Below, piece by piece: positions 30,290-40,064 of a stretch of 64,000 nucleotides of DNA. Position numbers and translations under genes: made by a program. The stretch's first letter is position 1; each line of letters opens with the position of its first letter. Source of the DNA: Spirulina sp. (lineage in GTDB: Bacteria > Cyanobacteriota > Cyanobacteriia > Phormidesmidales > Phormidesmidaceae); NCBI GenBank assembly GCA_044070495.1, contig JBIPSI010000010.1, positions 32,001-96,000 on the forward strand. Direction: 5' to 3'. The notes below the pieces were generated by a model that had not been told where the DNA came from, ran no database searches, and saw only the letters and a program-made list of their open reading frames with translations.

Positions 30290-32323
30290 ATGTTGAATAC
30301 AAATGCTTTGGGGATTTCAGCCCGATTGTTAGCCTGGGCCAGCCGTGGTTCGGGATTGTTGGCCACGCTGTTGCTGTTGTTCTCTGCGCTGCCCGCTGCC
30401 GCTGAAGGATTGACCGAAACTGAGCAAGCCGCTCCCCAAGTGGAGGCACTGACTACAGAGGAGGCCCCCCGTACAGCGGATGCCTTGTCTGTAGATCGAC
30501 CTGAAGATCCCCTGGCCGATGCCATCCTGACCACAGAGCCTGTTCTGATGGCCGATGCGTCCGAAGATGCCCTAGGGGTAGACGCCGTGGCCAATGGGGA
30601 GGTTCCTGGCTCTCTGACGGTTGAGGAAACGACGCCCTCCAGTGATCAGATCGCCGATGCTGAGGCCTCTGACGTGGAAGCAACCCCGATGTTCCTGGTC
30701 ACCGACCTGGAATCTGCCCTCGAAAATGATGGTCGCGTTTTGCCCCAGGCGGCTGACTTGGCTCAGGTTACCCAGGTCACCGACTTTACGGATATTTTGC
30801 CCAGCGATTGGGCCTTCCAAGCCTTGAGCAATCTAGTCAACAACTATGGTTGTCTCCAGGGCTATCCGGATCGCACCTTCCGGGGGCAGCGCAGCCTGAC
30901 CCGCTTTGAGTTTGCGGCGGGTCTGAATGCCTGTTTGGATGTGCTCGCGGCCAACCTGAGCATGATTTCCGACGAAGATCTGATTCCCATTCGCCGCCTC
31001 CAGGAGGAATTTGCCGCCGAACTGGCCACCCTGCGCGGTCGAGTGGATGCCCTAGAGGCCGAAACCGCCGAACTAAGCGCTCAGCAGTTTGCCACCCAAA
31101 CCAAACTGCGGGGTTCTGTCTTTTTCAATGTGGGTAGCGGCTTTGCCAATGGCAGCATTCGGGCGGAGGGGAACAGTATCTTTGCAGCGGCTCGCGACCC
31201 CATCACCAATGCCCCGGTAACCCGCACAATCTCCCGCAATCCCAGTCTCACCACTAGCGCGTTGACTTGGATCAACATGGACACCTCCTTCAGCGGTTCC
31301 GACCGCCTGAAGCTTCAGTTTGTGGCCGGGGCGGGTACTTCACCGGCCAACCTCTACGGTTCGGCGGGCTTGTTCAACACCTTTGGCACTCCGTTCACCT
31401 TCCAAACCGGCGGCGTCGATCAGTTTGATGTCACTATTCGCGAACTCAGCTACATGTTCCCCGTGGGGGACAGCCTCACCATTGATGTCGGTGCCCGGAT
31501 CAACTGGTACAGCTACTTCGACAACAACCGCTACACCTTCTTCCTCACCGGGGCCAACAGCTTCAACTCCAGCGGCGGCACCCAGGTGAACACCGTAGAC
31601 CGTGGGGCAGGGGCCATTGCCGTGTGGGATGTGACGGACTGGCTAGACGTACGGGTTGGCTACCTGGCTGAAAGCACCGAATTCCTTCCGGGCCAGCGCG
31701 ATGCGGGCAACCCCACCCGAGGTTTGTTTGGCGGTACCAACACCCTCACGGGGCAGATTGGTCTTCAGCCCTTCAACAACCTCAACCTGCGGCTGCTGTA
31801 TACCCGCTCTAACCTGATGCCCAACGCCGCTGGCCAAATTGGCGGCACCCTCAGCGAACCCATGTATGGTTTTGCCGATAACGGGTTTGGAGGTGCCCTC
31901 ACCAATGCCCCTGCCGATACCTTCCTGGTCAACTTCGACTGGACGCCCCTAAGCTGGCTGGGCCTATTTGGTCGCTACAGCTACGGCAGCGTTAAGCTCA
32001 CCGATGCCGCCACGCGCACCCGGATTGGCGATGTCAACGGTCAGTCCTTCCAGATTGGGGTGGCCTTCCCCAACCTGTTTAGGGAAGGAGCCTTGGGAAC
32101 GGTATCCTACCTGATTCCCTACGATGTCACTGGGGGGCGGCAGTTCCTCGTGGCTGGCGGCGGCGATGGCGGCACTCAGCAGGAGGTGGAGGTGTCCTAC
32201 CGCTACCCCCTCAACCGCAACATCGCGATCATGCCCTCCGCCTACTGGATCATGAACGCCAACAACTTTGGCAGCAACCCCGACATCTTCCTGTTTAACC
32301 TCCAGGCTCAGATGTCTTTCTAG
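30290..32323 (+). CDS. Cyanobacterial SLH + OprB-type outer-membrane porin
   Basis: DWAFQAL..L..YGCLQGYPD.TFRG.R.LTRFEFAAGLNAC SLH motif, coiled coil, beta-barrel, terminal Phe. Confidence 0.94.
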   Translation: MLNTNALGISARLLAWASRGSGLLATLLLLFSALPAAAEGLTETEQAAPQVEALTTEEAPRTADALSVDRPEDPLADAILTTEPVLMADASEDALGVDAVANGEVPGSLTVEETTPSSDQIADAEASDVEATPMFLVTDLESALENDGRVLPQAADLAQVTQVTDFTDILPSDWAFQALSNLVNNYGCLQGYPDRTFRGQRSLTRFEFAAGLNACLDVLAANLSMISDEDLIPIRRLQEEFAAELATLRGRVDALEAETAELSAQQFATQTKLRGSVFFNVGSGFANGSIRAEGNSIFAAARDPITNAPVTRTISRNPSLTTSALTWINMDTSFSGSDRLKLQFVAGAGTSPANLYGSAGLFNTFGTPFTFQTGGVDQFDVTIRELSYMFPVGDSLTIDVGARINWYSYFDNNRYTFFLTGANSFNSSGGTQVNTVDRGAGAIAVWDVTDWLDVRVGYLAESTEFLPGQRDAGNPTRGLFGGTNTLTGQIGLQPFNNLNLRLLYTRSNLMPNAAGQIGGTLSEPMYGFADNGFGGALTNAPADTFLVNFDWTPLSWLGLFGRYSYGSVKLTDAATRTRIGDVNGQSFQIGVAFPNLFREGALGTVSYLIPYDVTGGRQFLVAGGGDGGTQQEVEVSYRYPLNRNIAIMPSAYWIMNANNFGSNPDIFLFNLQAQMSF

Positions 32324-32387
32324 GGTCTGTCTGTCTAGGATCTTAGTGATCTTGCGACCTTAAACCATCGATTGCGTCTCCTAAATT

Positions 32388-32417
32388 CCCCCACTGGCCT
32401 AGGTCGGTGGGGTTTCT
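32388..32417 (+). terminator. Probable terminator after the porin
   Basis: CCCCACTGGCC-TA-GGTCGGTGGGG followed by TTTCT. Confidence 0.55.
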
Positions 32418-32469
32418 CATGGCAGACTGAGGACAGCGTTCCAGGGCACGAATACGTTCCAGGGTATGG

Positions 32470-33045
32470 ATGATGACCAATCCCCCCGCTTTACTGTTGA
32501 TTGACATTCAGCAAGGGTTAGACGATCCCCGCTGGGGCAGCCGCAATAACCCGATGGCTGAGATGAACATCGCCCTCTTACTGCGGGCCTGGCGCAACCA
32601 GCGATACCCCGTCATCCATGTGCGCCACTGTTCCACCGATCCCGACTCTCCCCTGCGACCGGGGCAACCGGGCAATGCCCTCAAGCCCTGTGCTCAGCCC
32701 CAGGCGGGCGAACCCGAATTTACCAAAACCGTGAACAGCGCCTTCATTGGCACCAACCTAGAGACCTACCTGCGCGAACAGAGCATTTCAGCCCTAGTGG
32801 TGGTAGGGCTGACCACCGACCACTGTGTTTCCACCTCGGTGCGCATGGCCGCCAATTTGGGCTTTGAGGTTACCGTAGTGGCCGATGCCACCGCCACCTT
32901 CGACCGCAGGGGCATCGACGGCACCCACTACGATGCCGACACCATGCATCAGGTCAACCTCGCCAGCCTCCAGAACGAGTTCTGCCGCGTCCAATCCACC
33001 AACCACACCTTGGCAGACCTGGCTGGGGGGCGCAACTTCAGCTAG
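32470..33045 (+). CDS. Isochorismatase-family cysteine hydrolase
   Basis: ALLLIDIQ, KTVNSAF.GT, GLTTDHCVSTSVR. Confidence 0.93.
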   Translation: MMTNPPALLLIDIQQGLDDPRWGSRNNPMAEMNIALLLRAWRNQRYPVIHVRHCSTDPDSPLRPGQPGNALKPCAQPQAGEPEFTKTVNSAFIGTNLETYLREQSISALVVVGLTTDHCVSTSVRMAANLGFEVTVVADATATFDRRGIDGTHYDADTMHQVNLASLQNEFCRVQSTNHTLADLAGGRNFS

Positions 33046-33079
33046 TTCCCTAAACCAAGGCATTTAGAGATAACACGCT

Positions 33080-34591
33080 TTAGCGGATGTCGTAGCCAAA
33101 CAGGTTAGGATTCACATCGCCCAAGTTCAGATCCCCCAGGCCATACTCGGCCCAGCGACGATCCACCAGGGCGGCGGTGTCGGGATCAGGGACGAGTTCA
33201 GGACTCCAGGGGCGGTCGGTTTCGGGGTAGACCTTGGTGGTGGCGTCAATGCCCATGCGGCTACCCAGGCCGGGGCGTTCGGTGGCAAAGTCTAATTTGT
33301 CGAAGGGGTTATTGGGCAGAATGAACACATCCCTCACCGGGTCTACCTTGGAGGTCACAGCCCACATCACCTGACGCGGATCGCGAATGTTGATCGACTC
33401 ATCCACCACAATCACAAACTTGGTGTAGTTGAACTGGGGCAGGGCCGACCAAAAGGCTAGGGCCGCTCGCTTGGCTTGGCCAGGGTAGGTTTTCTCGATG
33501 GAGAGAACGGCAGCCTTGTAGCTCAGCCCTTCCATCGGCAAAAAGAAGTCCTTAATTTCCGGCACTTGCTGGCGCAGGATGGGGGTGTAGATGCGGTTGA
33601 GGGCGATGGCCATCATGGCATCTTCCTTGGGGGGCCGACCGCTGAAGGTGGTCATATAAATGGGATCTTTGCGGTGGGTGACGCAGTGGAAGCGCAGCAG
33701 CGGGGCCGCTTCATTGACGCCGCCGTAGTAGCCGATGTGGTCGCCAGCGGGGCCATCCACCGCCGTTTCCCCAGGGGTGATGGTACCTTCCAGGACGATT
33801 TCGGAGTCAGCAGGGACTTCGAGATCCACGGTTTTGCACTTGGCCAAGTGGACGCCCTTTCCGGCGTAGAGTCCGGCAAACAGCCATTCAGACAGGTCGA
33901 TGGGTAGAGGAGTTGCCGCCGCCAGGATCACCAGGGGATCGACACCGATGGCGATGGCCACCTCCAGCTTTTTGCCCATCTCCGCCGCCTTTCGCAGGTG
34001 CCGACTACAGCCCCGCACCGACAGCCACTGCACCGTCATGGTGTTTTTCGATTGCAGTTGCAGGCGGTACACCCCCACGTTGGGAATGCCGCTCTCCGGG
34101 TCTTTGGTAATCATCAGGCCCAGGGTCAACACCTTGCCCGCGTCGCCGGGATAGACATGAAGCATCGGAATTTGGGTCAGATCCACCGCCTCATCCTTCA
34201 GCACCATCTGCTGACAGGGGGGCAGCAAATCTCGCATCGGCTTGGCCTTCACCACGTCAAACAGCGCCTTGCCCAACTCCACCGCCTGGGAGACCGTCTT
34301 GGGCGGGCGGGGCTGATACAGCAGGGCCAGCTTATCGCCGAGGGATTCTAATTCCTGGGGATGATCCATATTCATCGCCCAGCAAACCCGCTCCACGGTG
34401 CCCAAAACGTTGATGGCCAGGGGCATGGAGGCTCCCTTCACATTCTCAAACAGCAGGGCAGGCCCACCGCTTAGCAAGAGGCGATTGGCAATTTCCGACA
34501 CCTCTAAATACGGATCCACCGGGGTGGTAATGCGCCGCAACTGTCCCCGATCTTCCAGGAGCGATAGGAATTGCCGTAGGTCTCTAGCCAT
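33080..34591 (-). CDS. ubiD: UbiD-family decarboxylase
   Basis: MARDLR, PNVGVYRLQ, GP.GDH.GYY, GRPPKED, MGIDAT. Confidence 0.95.
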   Translation of the reverse strand: MARDLRQFLSLLEDRGQLRRITTPVDPYLEVSEIANRLLLSGGPALLFENVKGASMPLAINVLGTVERVCWAMNMDHPQELESLGDKLALLYQPRPPKTVSQAVELGKALFDVVKAKPMRDLLPPCQQMVLKDEAVDLTQIPMLHVYPGDAGKVLTLGLMITKDPESGIPNVGVYRLQLQSKNTMTVQWLSVRGCSRHLRKAAEMGKKLEVAIAIGVDPLVILAAATPLPIDLSEWLFAGLYAGKGVHLAKCKTVDLEVPADSEIVLEGTITPGETAVDGPAGDHIGYYGGVNEAAPLLRFHCVTHRKDPIYMTTFSGRPPKEDAMMAIALNRIYTPILRQQVPEIKDFFLPMEGLSYKAAVLSIEKTYPGQAKRAALAFWSALPQFNYTKFVIVVDESINIRDPRQVMWAVTSKVDPVRDVFILPNNPFDKLDFATERPGLGSRMGIDATTKVYPETDRPWSPELVPDPDTAALVDRRWAEYGLGDLNLGDVNPNLFGYDIR

Positions 34592-34731
34592 TGTGAACAA
34601 CTGTGAAGGGCCATGTTCATTATGGCGGACGGTGGGAGCCAGCGGGTATGCCTCGGCGTCATGTGTGCTCTATCACCCAAGGGGCAGCGGCCCAGGTGAT
34701 ACAACTAAAGGTGAGTAATCCCAATGGCCCC

Positions 34732-35310
34732 ATGGTACGTGTGCTGCCTCGATTGTCCGTTTTTGCCCTGCTCCTAGCGATGGCCCCCCTCGCCGCCTGT
34801 AGTAATCGACTAGATGTGCCTACGGTGGAAGCCACCATCAAAGCCGATATCGAACGGCAGGGGCGGCGGTTGGCCCTGCGAGAGGTGCGCTGCCCTGGGG
34901 AGGTAACCCGACAGGCTGGGGCTTTTTTCCGCTGTGTGGGGGAACTTGATCCTGAGGGCACGTTTACCATCAATGTCACCCAACAGGATGATCGGGGTAC
35001 CGTCACCTGGGATGTCCCAAACTCTAAAGCTCTGCTAAATCTGGCCAAGGTGGAAGCCGGGATTCAGCAGGGGCTTTCCGAGGCCCTAGGGCAACGGGCG
35101 CTGATCGACTGTGGCGAGGCCATGTATCGGGTCAACCAACCGGGGGATCGGTTTGAATGTCGGGTGATTGGCGGCCTGGTGGATGGGGCAGATACCATTA
35201 ACACCGTACTGGTCACCGTCGATGCCACGGGCAACCTCGACTGGCAGGAAGTACGCGCCACCGATACCACCGATGCCCTCACGCCCTCACCCCCCGCCAA
35301 CGACGGTTAA
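34732..35310 (+). CDS. Lipoprotein with two DUF4333-like Cys-paired domains
   Basis: Lipobox LAAC; V.CP..G..F.C pattern twice. Confidence 0.75.
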   Translation: MVRVLPRLSVFALLLAMAPLAACSNRLDVPTVEATIKADIERQGRRLALREVRCPGEVTRQAGAFFRCVGELDPEGTFTINVTQQDDRGTVTWDVPNSKALLNLAKVEAGIQQGLSEALGQRALIDCGEAMYRVNQPGDRFECRVIGGLVDGADTINTVLVTVDATGNLDWQEVRATDTTDALTPSPPANDG

Positions 35311-35532
35311 TCCATCGCTTCAGAACAGCCGGATATGGGAAGAAAGACGACTCAAAGAACCTCACGTAGGGTTGGCAATGCCCACCTAATCCGAAGCTAA
35401 GGCACACCTTCCCTACCCAACACAGGCGAGGCCCTAGCAAGGATTGGCCCTCGGCAAAAGTGCTGTACACCCTAGCGCCAACCGCAAAGCTAAATTCTTT
35501 CTGTGGAAGAGCGGTCGGCTTTATGAACGTCT

Positions 35533-35550
35533 GTTACAATGCGTAACATA
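35533..35550 (+). promoter_or_regulatory. HLR1 (RpaB-box)-like direct repeat
   Basis: GTTACAAT-GC-GTAACATA versus (G/T)TTACA(T/A)(T/A)-N2 repeat, one mismatch. Confidence 0.5.
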
Positions 35551-35595
35551 AAGGCACTCATAGACGTTCCCCATAAACATCGCTGTTAACCATCC

Positions 35596-35874
35596 ATGCT
35601 TTTTCTCATCCTGGCTATTGTGATTGCCCTAGTGGCCTGGTCACTCCGACTGATGGAGCAAGCCGTCAAAGGTCAGGAATTTTCCTTGATGCTGGCTGGT
35701 TTCCTGGTCGCTTCTTCCGCCGCTGCCATGATGGCTGTGTATTTTCTGATGGGCAACTACATGGTCTACCTCAACCAAAACCCCATCTCCGCCGCTCGCC
35801 TAGACTATATTTCCACCGCCTTTGTAGATGGGGATAGCAGCCTTCCCCCCACCTGGTTGGTCAAGGCTGATTAG
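35596..35874 (+). CDS. Small two-helix membrane protein
   Basis: Two hydrophobic segments flanking WSLRLMEQA..QEFSLMLAG. Confidence 0.7.
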   Translation: MLFLILAIVIALVAWSLRLMEQAVKGQEFSLMLAGFLVASSAAAMMAVYFLMGNYMVYLNQNPISAARLDYISTAFVDGDSSLPPTWLVKAD

Positions 35875-36141
35875 GTTAATTTTTTTGAGCGATTTCTCAT
35901 AGAGACCGCTACGGGAACAGCGCTAATCCCAGCGTTGCTTCGTTGGATTCCAAGCATCAGCCAATGTTTCGGGCGATTGCTCAATACCTCTTACCATGAC
36001 TTGCCTTGAGCATCTGAGTTTCAGGATACGGTACCGTCACTTATTTAACCCATCGAAATCTTTCCTATCGAAAACCTCCGGCTCTTTTCTTGAATCAGAA
36101 AGGAAGCCGGAGTTTTTTTACAAGCCCCCTCTCCCCTTGGG

Positions 36142-36306
36142 CTGCCGCTTATACCCAGCCTGTTGTCGTGCCGTAAGTTCTCGGAGATCCCCCTAAATCC
36201 CTCTTGTAAAGGGGGACTTTGAATCCAGTTCCCCTCTTCACAAGGGGGGCTAGGGGGGATCACCCCTAGGAACGCAGCGGAATAGAGACTTGTGTATAAG
36301 CAGTAG
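36142..36306. mobile_element. 165-bp MITE, copy 2 (inverted relative to copy 1)
   Basis: TIRs CTGCCGCTTATACCCA / TGTGTATAAGCAGTAG; internal GATCCCCCTAAATCCC..GGGGGACTTTGAATCCAG shared with copy 1. Confidence 0.85.
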
Positions 36307-36347
36307 ATCCTAAGGGGAGAGGGATTTGGGGTAAGGACAGCGCAACC

Positions 36348-38087
<1,740 letters not shown>

Positions 38088-38100
38088 CTACGGGGGAGAC

Positions 38101-38412
38101 TTAACCCAAAGCGGCGAGGATGTCGGACTCGCGCAGGAGCACGTAGTCGTCGCTGCCGAGTTTGATGTCGGTGCCTGCATACTTGGAGTAGAGCACCTTG
38201 TCGCCTACCTTCACTTCGATGGCTTGGTAGCTGCCATCATCGCTGCGCTTGCCGGGGCCAACTTGAATCACTTCGCCAACCTGGGGCTTTTCCTTGGCGG
38301 TGTCGGGTAGCAAAATGCCCCCAGCGGTTTTTTCTTCAGCTTCGCTCACCTTCACCAGGATGCGATCCCCCAGGGGCTTCACGGTGGACGCATTTAGGGT
38401 TACTGCGGCCAT
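38101..38412 (-). CDS. groES: Co-chaperonin GroES
   Basis: [29 protein letters not shown] at 38412 after GGAGG. Confidence 0.98.
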   Translation of the reverse strand: MAAVTLNASTVKPLGDRILVKVSEAEEKTAGGILLPDTAKEKPQVGEVIQVGPGKRSDDGSYQAIEVKVGDKVLYSKYAGTDIKLGSDDYVLLRESDILAALG

Positions 38413-38539
38413 AGTATTCCTCCATTCACTAACGACATAGAAGGCTGGAAATTCGCGACACCCAAGGGCCAGCCTGCAACGGTAAAGAACAGGTCTATGC
38501 CCCTGAACGGTCAAATTTCCTGGGAGGGTGCCCTATGTT

Positions 38540-38566
38540 TTAGCACTCTCACCACCTGAGTGCTAA
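38540..38566. promoter_or_regulatory. CIRCE element (HrcA operator)
   Basis: Perfect TTAGCACTC-N9-GAGTGCTAA. Confidence 0.98.
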
Positions 38567-38593
38567 TTTATCCGGCCATCCCAGCTTCGACAA
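38565..38593 (-). promoter_or_regulatory. groESL sigma70-type promoter
   Basis: Minus strand TTGTCG-N17-TAAATT abutting CIRCE. Confidence 0.75.
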
Positions 38594-38604
38594 TTCTCTG
38601 CCAG

Positions 38605-38620
38605 GTGTGGTTTGCCGAAC
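38605..38620 (-). promoter_or_regulatory. K-box
   Basis: GTTCGG-CAAA-CCACAC matches the cyanobacterial groESL K-box GTTCGG-NNAN-CCNNAC. Confidence 0.85.
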
Positions 38621-38720
38621 TTTTCCTTCCCAGGGGAAACCTCGATGCACTCATTGGCCAACGCGACACCGAGAAGAAACCCCTCCGGTATGATGGACTC
38701 AGCGTTTGGCACCCTGGGTT

Positions 38721-40007
38721 ATGAACGACGAACGATTTCAGCGGTACGTAGCCACTTATCGCAACCTCAACCTATTTCCGCTGCTCGACTCGGAAGAAAT
38801 TGAGCGGTTTCGCATCACCCACAGCCCAGAAACCCTTGCCCGTCTACGTAGCGCCATTGTGGCCAGCGAGGTCAACGGTAAGTTGATCTTCACGGGCCAT
38901 GTGGGCTGCGGTAAAACCACGTTGCTCAACGAGCTAGCCCTAGAAGTACGCAAGCGAGGGCTATTTGTTGAGTTTTTCTCCATTGCCAAAATGGTGGAGA
39001 TGTCAGATGTTAACCACATCAATATTCTCTATTCGGTGGCTCTGCGGTTACTGCGGCGGGCGGTTCGCAGTGAGGTTCCTATTCCTGAGGCCACTCAAGA
39101 GAGTCTTAAAGCCTGGTTCACCCAAACCAAGTCTCTCACCTATACTGACCAATTAAGAAAAGAAGTGGGTCTTGGCGGTGATTTTTTCAAAATATTCACC
39201 ACTAAACTGCAAAAAGAAGACTCTTTTCGGGAGGAAATTAAGGAAACCTACGAACGTCGGGTTTCAGACTTAACGCAGCATATTGATCAGATCGCTGCTG
39301 CTATTCAAACCTATACCGGCAAAGAAGTATTAGTCATTATCGACGACCTAGATAAGCTTGAGTTACCAATAGTAGAATCGATTTTTCGAGATAACATCAA
39401 CGCCCTATTTTCACCTCGAATTCGTATTCTGTTCACTATTCCCATTGCAGTAGTACGAGAACCGGAAATTAGAAAGCTTTGGGAAGGGCAAAATTCGACG
39501 TTATTTTTGCTGTCTGTCACCAAATTCTATAGCCGCGATGCCTCTCATCAGCCCAATGCTCAACCCATTGAGGCGAATGTGGCACGGTTGCAAAGTATTT
39601 TGGAACGGCGCATTGAAGCTGACCTTGTTGAACCGCAAGTATTACGGCAAATGGTGTTGCTTAGCGGCGGTGTATTGCGAGAGCTGGTGCGCCTAGGACA
39701 GGAATGTTGCCGCGAATGTATGCTGCGCCTGGAGATGGATGACAGCGCAGGCGACGTCAAAATTGACCAGGACATTTTAGAAGCCGCTGTGCGAGAACTT
39801 CGTAAGCAGTACGCCCGATCTCTCGGCAACGATCTCTACGAACTTTTGCGGCAAACCTACGAAGCCTTTACACCCCCCGATATTAGCGATCCAAAGTTTC
39901 TAAAGCTCCTCCACGGGCTGTATGTGTTGGAATATGAAAACGACGACCTTTGGTACGACCTTCATCCCCTCGTTACCGACCTGCTCAAACGTAAAAATCT
40001 AATCTAA
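38721..40007 (+). CDS. P-loop (AAA/STAND-like) ATPase
   Basis: Walker A GHVGCGKTT, Walker B VLVIIDDLD, SGGVLREL, C-terminal LEYEN..WYDLHP. Confidence 0.88.
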   Translation: MNDERFQRYVATYRNLNLFPLLDSEEIERFRITHSPETLARLRSAIVASEVNGKLIFTGHVGCGKTTLLNELALEVRKRGLFVEFFSIAKMVEMSDVNHINILYSVALRLLRRAVRSEVPIPEATQESLKAWFTQTKSLTYTDQLRKEVGLGGDFFKIFTTKLQKEDSFREEIKETYERRVSDLTQHIDQIAAAIQTYTGKEVLVIIDDLDKLELPIVESIFRDNINALFSPRIRILFTIPIAVVREPEIRKLWEGQNSTLFLLSVTKFYSRDASHQPNAQPIEANVARLQSILERRIEADLVEPQVLRQMVLLSGGVLRELVRLGQECCRECMLRLEMDDSAGDVKIDQDILEAAVRELRKQYARSLGNDLYELLRQTYEAFTPPDISDPKFLKLLHGLYVLEYENDDLWYDLHPLVTDLLKRKNLI

Positions 40008-40012
40008 CCCCC

Positions 40013-40045
40013 AGATCCCAGGGTTTTTCGAGAACCCTGGGATCT
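40013..40045. repeat. REP-like palindrome between ATPase and TPR genes
   Basis: AGATCCCAGGGTT-N7-AACCCTGGGATCT. Confidence 0.75.
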
Positions 40046-40064
40046 ATTCTTCCTAGCGATCTCC

